Both the position numbers and the translations under genes were made by a program. Shown here piece after piece: positions 54,888 to 64,000 of a DNA stretch of 64,000 nucleotides (position 1 is its first letter; each line of letters opens with the position of its first letter). The notes under the pieces are model-generated. The model was not told where the DNA came from, ran no database searches, and worked only from the letters and a program-made list of their open reading frames with translations. This DNA comes from Candidatus Latescibacterota bacterium (lineage in GTDB: Bacteria > Latescibacterota > UBA2968 > GCA-2709665): assembly GCA_965237675.1 (NCBI GenBank), contig OZ250150.1, forward strand, positions 1,536,001 to 1,600,000, read 5' to 3'.

Positions 54888-56615
54888 ATGGAGGTGGGCG
54901 CCATTAACCAACCGAACGACGCAAATCGCCAGCGAAAGTCGCCGGATGACTTTCTGCAGGACTACGTGGATATGCAGCACACGTTCCGGTCGCTGTCCAT
55001 TATCGATCAGATATTGATGTCCATGGACGAAAAGGACAAACGCCGGCCCCAGCTCTACGACCTCCGTCGACAGCTTCAGGAGGACGAGATTACGTTCGAA
55101 GAGGCGCGGCGGACCATCGTGGAGATGGAGGCCGCGCTCGAGAAGGTGACGGCGCCGGCCAACCGGGTGGGCACGCTCCTGGAGCCGCCCCGCGACGGGG
55201 TGGCGTATATCAGCGTGGGCGGGTCGGAATATTTCGCCAATGTCGATTCCAGGCTGGACCGGCAGACGTTGAAGGTGGGCACGCGGGTGCTGGTAAACGA
55301 CGCGTTCGCTATCGTGGGCGAACTGGGATATACGTTGTCCGGCCAGGTGGCGAAGATTTCAGACGTGCTCGAAGACAGCCGGTTGCGGGTCGGCCAGGAA
55401 CCTGGCGGGCAGGTCACGGTGCTCTCCCGGTCGAGCGACCTCATCGAGGCGTCGCTGAAGGCGGGCGACGAGGTTCGCGTGGATCCGAATTTCCGCGTGG
55501 CGCTGGAACGGATGCCCAAAAAAGACGCGAAAGACTATTACCTGGAAGAGATTCCACATCTGCCGTGGGAGAAAATCGGCGGCCAGGACGAGGCCATCCA
55601 GGCCATAAAAGATACGATCGAGATGCCGGCGTTGCACCCGGTCCTGTTTTCCAGGTTCCAGTACAGCGTTCCCAAGGGGTTCCTGTTGTACGGGCCGCCG
55701 GGCTGCGGCAAGACGCTGATCGGCAAGGCAACCGCTTACAACCTCGTCAAGCAGGCCCGCCAGGAGGCCGGACTTAAGTTGAAAGAATGTTTCATGAATA
55801 TTAAAGGTCCGGAAATCCTGAATATGTGGCTGGGCGAGTCCGAACGCCAGGTTCGAGAGATTTTTTCCCGGGCGCGGGAGAAGCGGAAAGAGGGCTGTCT
55901 GCCGGTGGTATTCATCGACGAGGCGGAGTCGGTTCTCGGCACGCGCCGGGCGATGCGATCGCACAGCATTTCAAATACCGTTGTGCCGATGTTCTGCTCG
56001 GAGATGGACGGCATCGAGTCGCTGCAGGACGTGGTGATCATACTGGCGTCCAACCGGCCCGACCTGATCGACCCCGCCATTTTGAGGCCGGGAAGAATCG
56101 ACCGGAAAATAAAGGTGAAACGTCCCGACAGGGAGGGCGCGCACGAGATCCTCAAGATCTATCTGACACCCGATCTTCCAATTAACCGGAAAGCGTTGGA
56201 AGAGCACGGGGGTGACGCGTCGGAGGCCGTGGAGGCGTTCGTCGCGCGCACGGTGGAAGAGATTTTCTCTCGCAAGGACCATACGCGGTTTCTCGAAGTG
56301 ACCCTGCGAAGCGGCCGGAAGGATATTCTCCGCCGGGGGGATCTGGCCAGCGGGGCAATCATGGAATCCATTGTGCGGCGGGCAAAGGAAATGGCCATCC
56401 GGCGCTCGATCGCGTCTGGAGAGGAAGAGGGCATTTCCCAGGACGATCTGCTTCAGGCCGTCGAGGCCGAGTATACGGAGAATGAGATTTTCCCGTCGAC
56501 GGATCACACGGAAGACTGGCTGAAGTTGCTGGACTACGATCCCGAAAACGTCGTGCGGGCGTCGCCGATTCGCCCCGGGCGGGAGACGAACCGGCGCGTG
56601 AATCGGAGCGTGTAG
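54888..56615 (+). CDS. arc: Proteasome-associated AAA+ ATPase
   Basis: Coiled coil, two OB domains, GPPGCGKT, NIKGPEILN, FIDEAES, SNRPDLIDPAILRPGRID; upstream of the proteasome genes. Confidence 0.92.
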   Translation: MEVGAINQPNDANRQRKSPDDFLQDYVDMQHTFRSLSIIDQILMSMDEKDKRRPQLYDLRRQLQEDEITFEEARRTIVEMEAALEKVTAPANRVGTLLEPPRDGVAYISVGGSEYFANVDSRLDRQTLKVGTRVLVNDAFAIVGELGYTLSGQVAKISDVLEDSRLRVGQEPGGQVTVLSRSSDLIEASLKAGDEVRVDPNFRVALERMPKKDAKDYYLEEIPHLPWEKIGGQDEAIQAIKDTIEMPALHPVLFSRFQYSVPKGFLLYGPPGCGKTLIGKATAYNLVKQARQEAGLKLKECFMNIKGPEILNMWLGESERQVREIFSRAREKRKEGCLPVVFIDEAESVLGTRRAMRSHSISNTVVPMFCSEMDGIESLQDVVIILASNRPDLIDPAILRPGRIDRKIKVKRPDREGAHEILKIYLTPDLPINRKALEEHGGDASEAVEAFVARTVEEIFSRKDHTRFLEVTLRSGRKDILRRGDLASGAIMESIVRRAKEMAIRRSIASGEEEGISQDDLLQAVEAEYTENEIFPSTDHTEDWLKLLDYDPENVVRASPIRPGRETNRRVNRSV

Positions 56616-56619
56616 TGTT

Positions 56620-57500
56620 CCGGAGTCAGCGGTCAGCTAAGAGCCGGGCTTCTCCCCCCGGCCCCAAGTCCCTCACCCCCCAACCCCCTCTCCCACAGGG
56701 AGAGGGGGAGCAGAACCAGGGGTTGACCTATCACGTTATCTCGTCCAGGTTTTTTCATCAATCGAACTGTCTTCAACCGAAGACAGTTCCCCCTTCCTCT
56801 CAGGAAGGGGGTTAGGGGGTAGGTCTCGTCCTCACGCCCGCCTGGAGGTGGTGATGGGGGTTGTTCGCGGCAAGAATCGCGCCGCTCACCATCAACCTCG
56901 AACGCCAGAACCAGGCGTCCCCTGTTGTTCCGAAAAATCGCCGGAACAACAGTTCACGCGCTGCGCGGGTGGAGGTTGGTTTTCCACGCTTAAACGTCCA
57001 GCATCATTACTATACGTTACCACGTATAGATTTGATTTTGACTGGCGGCAAGACCGCAAACACGTTCAAAACTCCTTCGCGGTATACCTCATGGCCGTCC
57101 GGTGGCGGAGTGGGGGCTTTTCCGCGTTATTCCATCCACCACCTGTGCTTGGTGGTCGCAATGAAGCCCGCAGGGCACAGCCTCCGGTTTCGGCCTCCGA
57201 GGGAGTTCGCGGAAAAGCAGCCCCGCGGCGTCTGAGCGGCGCCCTTCTTTCAAAGGCGGTGAGACGGGAGACGGGTAGAAGGGAGAGGACCACACCGCAC
57301 ACCGCCGGGCTCGCGCTCCACTAAGCAATTCTCTTCTATTTGAATATTGCGAGAATCCGATTGCGGACGTCTCACCTGTCAAAGTTATCACCACCTCTTC
57401 CGTCTTCCCTCTACCCTCTCACGGCTTTTTGGCGATGCAAGAAAAAGGGCAAGGGAATAGGGGACGTTTGGGGGTGAGGGAGATTCCATCTCACGGGTGC
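56620..57500. repeat. Repeat mosaic between arc and dop
   Basis: DUF559-type palindromes, inverted A core at 57118-57216, heptamer-flanked module. Confidence 0.85.
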
Positions 57501-57548
57501 CGAAACGCGCATTTCTTTCGCCATAGGATCGGAGATTGAGCGGGGTTC

Positions 57549-59069
57549 ATGAATCGACTTTTCGGTCTGGAGACGGAGTACGGAATCACGATTGACGGGG
57601 TGGACAGCATCGACGTCGTGGAAGAGTCGATGCAGCTGATCCGTTGCTATCTCCAGGGTAAATTTACGCCCCTGTGGGACTATCAGCTGGAAAACCCCCG
57701 CAAAGACGTGCGGGGGTTTGAAGTGAAATCCCTGCTGAACGATACGGACGAGAAGGTGCACCTCCAGAAGGATCGGAAGCGCAAGGTGCCCCTCGAGGAA
57801 TTGAAGAGCGACCTGATTATTCGCAACGGCGCCCGCTTTTACAACGACCACACCCATCCGGAATATTCCACGGGCGAATGCCTGAGCCTCTTCGAACTGG
57901 TCGCGCAGGACCGCGCGGGCGAGCGGATCGTGGACATCTGCGCCCGCAGGCGCACGGAGATGCTGCCCGAGGGCGTCGTGCGGATCTACAAGAACAACAC
58001 CGATTTCGAAGGCCATAGCTACGGGTGTCACGAGAACTACCTGATGGACCGTGTGACGCCGTTCGAACGAATCGTGAAGGGCCTGCTGCCCTTTCTGGTC
58101 ACGCGGCAGATATACGCGGGCGCGGGAAAGATGGGCGTGGAACGCGGCGACAGGGCGTCCATCTATCAACTCTCGCAGCGGTCCGAGTTCTTCGAGGTGA
58201 TCGCCAGCGTCGACACCATGCACAAGCGGCCGCTGATCAACACCCGGGACGAGCCCCACGCCGACGCGAGCCGCTACCGCAGGCTGCACGTGATTCTCGG
58301 CGACGCGAATATGTCGGAATATGTCACGGCGCTGAAAGTGGGCGCCACGGCCATGGTGGTGGCGCTGGTTGAACAGGATGATCTGCCCGAATGGGTCTTG
58401 AAGGATCCGGTTGCCGCCCTGAAGGACGTGTCGCGCGATCAGAGTTACCAGTGGCTGGTGGAACTGGATCGCAAGGGCGACCGGCTGGTTCCGTCCGTCG
58501 ACGTCCAGCGGATGTACCTGGCGCTGGCGCAAAAGCGGTTCGGCGGCAGCGACGTGGAAACGGACTGGGTCCTGAACGCCTGGGAGGAGATTCTGAACGG
58601 CCTCGAACGGGATCCCATGGCAATGGTGGGCACCTGCGACTGGGTGAGCAAGAAGTGGCTGCTGGATTGTTTCCGCGAGGCGGAGGGTCTTTCGTGGGAC
58701 AACCCGGACGACCTGGCATGGCTTCAGAGCCAGGATCTGGAGTACCACAACGTGGACCGGGAGTCCGGACTCTATTATCTGCTGGAAGACCAGGGCAAAA
58801 TGGTCCGCCTCCTCGACGACGAGCAGATCGTGGAAGCGATGTCTGTTCCGCCTACGGACACGCGGGCCTATTTCCGCGGACGATGCCTGGAGAAATTCGG
58901 CCACGACGTCAAATCGGTCAACTGGGACCGCATTGTCTTCTCCCGAAATGGGAAACAGCGTTCCGTGGATATGAAGGATCTGGTTGATGTGGAGAAGGTC
59001 GCGTATTATAATAAGGCACTGGATCGCTCGGATGAACTGGAGGAGTTCCTGGACGCGCTGGGGGTCTGA
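57549..59069 (+). CDS. dop: Depupylase/deamidase Dop homolog
   Basis: GLETEYGI, NGARFYNDHTHPEYST, YKNNTD..GHSYGCHENY, TRDEPHAD..YRRLHVI.GDAN. Confidence 0.85.
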   Translation: MNRLFGLETEYGITIDGVDSIDVVEESMQLIRCYLQGKFTPLWDYQLENPRKDVRGFEVKSLLNDTDEKVHLQKDRKRKVPLEELKSDLIIRNGARFYNDHTHPEYSTGECLSLFELVAQDRAGERIVDICARRRTEMLPEGVVRIYKNNTDFEGHSYGCHENYLMDRVTPFERIVKGLLPFLVTRQIYAGAGKMGVERGDRASIYQLSQRSEFFEVIASVDTMHKRPLINTRDEPHADASRYRRLHVILGDANMSEYVTALKVGATAMVVALVEQDDLPEWVLKDPVAALKDVSRDQSYQWLVELDRKGDRLVPSVDVQRMYLALAQKRFGGSDVETDWVLNAWEEILNGLERDPMAMVGTCDWVSKKWLLDCFREAEGLSWDNPDDLAWLQSQDLEYHNVDRESGLYYLLEDQGKMVRLLDDEQIVEAMSVPPTDTRAYFRGRCLEKFGHDVKSVNWDRIVFSRNGKQRSVDMKDLVDVEKVAYYNKALDRSDELEEFLDALGV

Positions 59070-59168
59070 CCGCCGGTCGCGTCGGCGAAGCGTGGAAGCC
59101 TTACCCGTTTGAAAGCGGATCCGGGGAATCCGCCGGCGTTTTTGAACGGAATGGAGGAGGATGTGACC

Positions 59169-59360
59169 ATGAGGAAAGATTTGGCCAGTCTGGAACGGCG
59201 AACCCGCCGGTCGGCGCCCCCGGAAGGGGGTCCGAACGAGGGGGACGACGGACCGTCAAGACCGGACGTAGACCGTCCCGATACCCGTGACCTGCTGCGT
59301 CGCATGCGCCGCGTGGACCCCAATCAGGCGCGACGCTACCGGCAGCGCACGGGTGAGTGA
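59169..59360 (+). CDS. ubact: Ubiquitin-like modifier UBact
   Basis: 63-aa disordered protein between dop and prcB, ending LLRRMRRVDPNQARRYRQRTGE. Confidence 0.9.
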   Translation: MRKDLASLERRTRRSAPPEGGPNEGDDGPSRPDVDRPDTRDLLRRMRRVDPNQARRYRQRTGE

Positions 59361-59364
59361 GCCT

Positions 59365-60183
59365 ATGGGTCCTGGTGGGGATTTTCTGGATCTGCTGAAG
59401 GCCGAAGGATACCGGCTGCCCGGCGCCGACCTGCAGAAAAGCGCATCGGGCGGCCCGGCGTCCCTTCCGTTTCAGCCCACCGAAGGCACAACCATCCTCG
59501 CGCTGCGCTACCGGGATGGCGTTCTTATCGCGGGCGACCGCCGGGCCACCGCCGGCCATACCGTGCTTTACGACCGCGCCGACAAGGTCATCGATATCGA
59601 CGCCCATTCGGTGATGGCCATTTCGGGGTCGCCGGCGATGGCATACGAGATCGCCCGGATTCTGGAACACACGTTTCAATATCACCGGCGGCGGCAGTTG
59701 CAGGAGATGAGCCTCGCGGCGAAACTCCGGCGCCTATCGCTTCTGATTCGCGACAATTTGCCCATGGCCATGCAGGGCATCGGTCCGGTGATTCCCATTT
59801 TCGCCACGTTCGATCGACGGGACAACCGCGGCAAGATCTTTTTTTACGACGTGCTGGGCGCGCAGTTCGAGAGCGGGGACTTCGCCACCACGGGTTCGGG
59901 CGCGGCGGCCATCCGGGGTGCGATGTATTACAACAACCAGTGGGGCGAGCGTCCCTTTGCCGAACTGGACCGGAGCGAGATCCTCGGAATGGTGCTGCGC
60001 CTGCTGCACACGGCGGCGGAATACGACGCCGCCACCGGACGGTACGAGCGGCATTCCGGCGTGTTGCCCACGGTGAAGACGATCTCCGCCGATGGACTGC
60101 TTACCGTGCCCGAGGACGACCTGCGGGCGTCTTACGAGCGGTACATTGCCCAATCCATAGGACAGGGAGACGCCGACGGATGA
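59365..60183 (+). CDS. prcB: 20S proteasome beta subunit
   Basis: Propeptide then EG/TTILA, AGDRRAT.G, TTGSG. Confidence 0.9.
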   Translation: MGPGGDFLDLLKAEGYRLPGADLQKSASGGPASLPFQPTEGTTILALRYRDGVLIAGDRRATAGHTVLYDRADKVIDIDAHSVMAISGSPAMAYEIARILEHTFQYHRRRQLQEMSLAAKLRRLSLLIRDNLPMAMQGIGPVIPIFATFDRRDNRGKIFFYDVLGAQFESGDFATTGSGAAAIRGAMYYNNQWGERPFAELDRSEILGMVLRLLHTAAEYDAATGRYERHSGVLPTVKTISADGLLTVPEDDLRASYERYIAQSIGQGDADG

Positions 60184-60959
60184 TGCTGGACGAACCCTAT
60201 CGATGGGCGGATGCGGTAGCCAACCGGCGGGAATACATCGAAGACCAACTTCGGGGCGGCAGTCCGGTTGTGGGCCTGGGCTACAGGGACGGCGCGTTAT
60301 TGCTGACGCTTGGACAGGGACAGCAGAAAATCTTCGAGGTGTACGACCGCATCGGCATGGCCGCGCTCGGACACCCAACCGATATCGAGAAGTTGCGCCA
60401 GGCCGCCGTCGACCTGGCTTCGGTAATTGGCTTCAACTATTCGGAGCAGGACGTCAACCTGCAGCAGATCGTGCATTTCGGTCTTGGCCCCGCGGTCAAG
60501 ACGGCTTTCGACGAGGTGTTCCGGGCGCCGTATCTTGTGCGGGTGTTGATGCTGGAACTGGATGGCGCGGAAGAGGGCGCCGTCTTCTATACCGTGGAAT
60601 ACGATGGCGCGTTTCAGAAATACGATGGCCGCGGCGTTGTGGGCGAAATGCCGGAAGCGGACACGTTGATGCGGACCTATCTGCCGGATACGGCCCGGCT
60701 CAGCCTGCGAAACGCACTGAAGGCCGCGCTGGAGGCGTGGGCGGCCGGACGTTTTGCGGGAGACCTGGATGAGGTCCCCCGGGACGTGTCGGAGTTGGAA
60801 CGGGCGGCCCGAGAGGCCGATCTGGAAGGCATTTTAAAGGCTGCATTGGAAACGTCCACGGTTGAGGCCGTGGTTTTCGAACGATCCGGGCCGGACAAAC
60901 GCAGGTATCGCGTTGTGACCCGGAAAGAGATCCAGCCCGTCGTCAAGCCGTATCGCTGA
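60180..60959 (+). CDS. prcA: 20S proteasome alpha subunit
   Basis: RREYI...L..GSPVV, KIFEVYDRI..ALG...D.E.LR; ATGA overlap with prcB. Confidence 0.88.
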   Translation: MMLDEPYRWADAVANRREYIEDQLRGGSPVVGLGYRDGALLLTLGQGQQKIFEVYDRIGMAALGHPTDIEKLRQAAVDLASVIGFNYSEQDVNLQQIVHFGLGPAVKTAFDEVFRAPYLVRVLMLELDGAEEGAVFYTVEYDGAFQKYDGRGVVGEMPEADTLMRTYLPDTARLSLRNALKAALEAWAAGRFAGDLDEVPRDVSELERAAREADLEGILKAALETSTVEAVVFERSGPDKRRYRVVTRKEIQPVVKPYR

Positions 60960-61110
60960 GACCCCCCGGAACCCGCTGATTTTACCATCCCCGGGGGCGC
61001 CGGAAACGGTTCTCGGGCCGGTCGAATTGTGGAATCGTCGTGCGCCGCTCCGGGCGGGTGCGGACAGGCGGATGCGGATCATCCAAGAGATGGACATGTA
61101 AGGGCCCGCG

Positions 61111-62577
61111 ATGGAACGACGAATTTTCGGTCTGGAAACCGAGTACGGGTGCATGGCGCCGGAGCACGAGGGCCTCGTGAGCCCGGATGCCATTACGGTT
61201 AAGGTGAAGGACCATATTTTCCACACCGAGCGTAAGGGGATTGTCGATATCCATTATCGGGGCAGGGACGAACCGCCGGGTAACGGCGGTTTTTTGTTTA
61301 ATTCCGGCAGGGTCTATATCGATATGGGTCATATCGAATACACGACCCCGGAGTGCAAGAGCCTGTTCGACCTGGTGGCCTTTGACCGGGCGGGAGAACG
61401 CATTCTGCAACGTGCGCTCCGTTCGCTGGGGCTGGCGAAGGAAGCTTCGTTCCTGAAGAACAACATCGACCACTATACGGGGGCTACCTTCGGCTGCCAC
61501 GAAAATTATCTGATCCGCCGAAACGTGCCGTTCTCGATGGTCGTGATCCCGGCATTGCTGCCCTTTCTTGTAACCCGACAGATCTTCAGCGGCGCCGGCA
61601 GGGTGGGCAGCTACGACGACAGCTTCTATTATTATGGCCGGGAAGACGCGGACGATGCCTCCCATGACGATCCCGTCGCCTTTCAGATTTCGCAGCGCGC
61701 CGACCACATTGTCACGGAGATCTATCAATGGATCCAGTTTTCACGTGCGATTATCAATACGCGGGACGAGCCGCTGGCCGACTATAACAAATACCGCCGG
61801 TTGCACCTGCTGATGGGCGATTCGAATATGTCGGAATACGCCACCGCGTTGAAGGTCGGTACCACGGCGATGGTGTTGAATTTGCTCGAGCATAAGATTT
61901 TTCCGCAGGACGTGGGCCTGGGCGACCCGGTGTTGGCGTTGAAGGAGATTTCCCGGGATCCTACGCACCGATGGATTCTGGACCGCAAGAATGGCCGACC
62001 GGTTACCGCGGTCGACATTCAGCGGCGGTACCTGGATCTGGCGAAACGCCATCTGCGGGGTATGGACGAGGAGTCGGACTGGGTGCTGGCCGAGTGGGAG
62101 CAGACGCTGGATGCGCTGGAGCGGGATCCCATGAGCTTGAAGGACCGGCTGGACTGGGTGGCCAAGAAGTGGATGCTGGAGATGTTCGTACAATCGGAAG
62201 GCGTGGACTGGAACGATCCGTGGCTTCAGAGCCTGGATCTGGAGTTTCACAATATCGATCCCAATCGGGGGGTTTTCCTCGACCTTGAGCACAAGGGCAT
62301 GACGCGTCGCATTCTGACGGAGAAGCAGATCGCGCGCGCGGACGACGAACCGCCCGCCGATACGCGAGCCCGGGGCCGGTCCGACGTGATCAGGGCCCTC
62401 TCGGAGAACCGGGTGCGGTATATCGTGGACTGGGATTCGGTGTATCTGGAGAACGAGAGCCAGCTGAGTCTTCAGGATCCGTTCGAGACCTACACGGACG
62501 CGGCGGCCAGGTTCATCCAGGAGATACGTTCGGCCTCACCCTCGCCACGACGCCCCATGCGGCGACGGTTGAAGTGA
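61111..62577 (+). CDS. pafA: Pup/UBact ligase PafA homolog
   Basis: RRIFGLETEYG, FLFNSGRVYID.GH.EY.TPEC, FGCHENY, SRAIINTRDEP, GDSNMSE. Confidence 0.85.
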   Translation: MERRIFGLETEYGCMAPEHEGLVSPDAITVKVKDHIFHTERKGIVDIHYRGRDEPPGNGGFLFNSGRVYIDMGHIEYTTPECKSLFDLVAFDRAGERILQRALRSLGLAKEASFLKNNIDHYTGATFGCHENYLIRRNVPFSMVVIPALLPFLVTRQIFSGAGRVGSYDDSFYYYGREDADDASHDDPVAFQISQRADHIVTEIYQWIQFSRAIINTRDEPLADYNKYRRLHLLMGDSNMSEYATALKVGTTAMVLNLLEHKIFPQDVGLGDPVLALKEISRDPTHRWILDRKNGRPVTAVDIQRRYLDLAKRHLRGMDEESDWVLAEWEQTLDALERDPMSLKDRLDWVAKKWMLEMFVQSEGVDWNDPWLQSLDLEFHNIDPNRGVFLDLEHKGMTRRILTEKQIARADDEPPADTRARGRSDVIRALSENRVRYIVDWDSVYLENESQLSLQDPFETYTDAAARFIQEIRSASPSPRRPMRRRLK

Positions 62578-62760
62578 ATACCCGCATGCAACCATCGTAA
62601 TCGCCCTGCCATAAGCAAAATGGCGCACACGGGATGCCCGAAGGAACCCCCACCTTCGCGCATCCCGTTTTTGTGATTCATACCGACATCAGGCGGTTTG
62701 GCGGCGCATCAACCTGCATTCACACTTACCAGGGAAAAACCTGAATTATCCTCTTGCCTG

Positions 62761-62782
62761 AATTTACTCAATATAGTAAATT
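62761..62782. promoter_or_regulatory. Palindromic operator-like site
   Basis: AATTTACT-CAATAT-AGTAAATT, 6 nt before the ATG. Confidence 0.5.
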
Positions 62783-62788
62783 TACAAT

Positions 62789-64000
62789 ATGACTTCCTTT
62801 CAACGTGTTCACGTAAAGACCCTGATGGACAGGTTGGACGAGGCCCCCCACCAACTCATCGCCTTGTTTGGACCACGTCAAACCGGCAAGACGACCATCG
62901 TGCGCCAGGCGTTGCGTCAGATCCACATCGAAAGCCGCTACCTGTCCGTGGACGAACCCGATGGCTATGAAATTCGCGTTCCTTCCGATGCCGCCACGTT
63001 AACCTACCCTCTCGAACAGGTGCGCGACACGGCGTGGCTGGTGCACAACTGGGAAATGGCGCGGCAGGAAGCCGAGCGATTCGGGCGCGGCTTCGTTCTG
63101 GCGATAGACGAAATTCAGAAGATACCCAGGTGGTCAGATACGGTGAAGGGCCTGTGGGACGCGGACCGTGTCCGGAACTGCCCCCTGCACGTTATAATTC
63201 TCGGGTCGGCGCCCCTGCTGATGCAATCCGGTTTGAGTGAGAGCCTCGCCGGCCGCTTCGAGTCTATCCGCGTCACACACTGGTCGTTCGCCGAAATGAT
63301 GCAGGCGTTTCGTCTCGATCCGGCGAGCTATCTCTACTTTGGAGGCTACCCGGGCGCTGTCCGTTTCGTTAGAAACGCGGACCGTTGGAGCGAATATATC
63401 CTGGGTGCGCTCGTCGAGCCGAACATAGAGCGGGATATCCTTGCGATGACCCGCGTGGACAAACCTGCGCTGCTCAAACGGCTATTCGAACTCGGGGCCG
63501 CCTATTCCGGGCAGATCCTTTCGTACACGAAGATGCTGGGCCAGTTGCATGATGCCGGCAACACCACCACACTTGCCCGCTACCTGGACCTGCTTACGAG
63601 CGCCGGCATGCTCGCGGGCTTGCCGAAGTATTCCAACCGTCCGCATCGACGTCGCGCCTCGAGCCCGAAGCTCAACGTGCTCAATACCGCACTGATGACG
63701 GCCGGTTCAGGGTACTCGTTTGATGAAGCCCGGGCCGACCGCTCGTTCTGGGGGCGCATTGTCGAGAGCGCGGTCGGCGCGCATCTGTTCAATACCTTGT
63801 CGCCCGACACCCGCCTCTACTACTGGCGGGATGGTTCACACGAAGTCGATTTCGTCCTGCAACGCGGTCCTCGCATCATCGCCATCGAGGTCAAAAGCAG
63901 TACTAAGAACCTGACTTTTCGGGGAATGCACATTTTCGAGCAGCGTTTTTGTCCGTATCGGTCCCTGCTTGTCGGGGAAGGCGGCATCGGGCTGAATGAG
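62789..64000 (+). CDS. AAA_14 ATPase with DUF4143 domain (runs off the window)
   Basis: GPRQTGKTT, IDEIQK, LGSA, ESLAGRF, GGYPG, EVDFV....IEVKS; no stop before 64000. Confidence 0.9.
   Translation, partial: MTSFQRVHVKTLMDRLDEAPHQLIALFGPRQTGKTTIVRQALRQIHIESRYLSVDEPDGYEIRVPSDAATLTYPLEQVRDTAWLVHNWEMARQEAERFGRGFVLAIDEIQKIPRWSDTVKGLWDADRVRNCPLHVIILGSAPLLMQSGLSESLAGRFESIRVTHWSFAEMMQAFRLDPASYLYFGGYPGAVRFVRNADRWSEYILGALVEPNIERDILAMTRVDKPALLKRLFELGAAYSGQILSYTKMLGQLHDAGNTTTLARYLDLLTSAGMLAGLPKYSNRPHRRRASSPKLNVLNTALMTAGSGYSFDEARADRSFWGRIVESAVGAHLFNTLSPDTRLYYWRDGSHEVDFVLQRGPRIIAIEVKSSTKNLTFRGMHIFEQRFCPYRSLLVGEGGIGLNE

Noticed and set aside
56980-57086. Additional variable cassette (also a faint one near 9640-9735)
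   Set aside because: Stem and core are degenerate and the spacing is off (44 nt), so neither is counted among the 19.

Overview
GC-rich bacterial chromosomal window. Gene content (UBact-proteasome locus; large secreted cohesin/dockerin/FlgD-Ig proteins) suggests a Latescibacterota/Gemmatimonadota-like organism; this is inference. In order: a VapBC45-type toxin-antitoxin pair between 144-bp direct repeats; degP, a sigma54 activator and a large TPR protein; ispE-tRNA-Gln-rplY-pth, hppA, rpsF-rpsR-rplI; two paralogous ~1600-aa surface proteins, the first split by a 3155-bp passenger-carrying IS1595 element (24-bp TIRs, 8-bp TSD); DUF559, a DUF151 nuclease, msrP, an amidohydrolase, a dockerin-bearing metallopeptidase, GxxExxY; and arc-dop-ubact-prcB-prcA-pafA. 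Roughly a quarter of the window is intergenic mosaic built from REP-like palindromes, heptamer/decamer repeats and relics of DUF559 and RAYT genes. The most striking unexplained signal lies in these mosaics: 19 copies of a 96-100 bp stem-closed unit, stem-N29..31-TGCCCT-N31..34-TGGACGGA-stem. The stem, core motifs and spacing are fixed, but the two internal segments are highly variable and differ between copies whose flanks are otherwise near-identical. This resembles a dispersed, spacer/guide-like cassette system. No effector gene for it is identifiable in this window.
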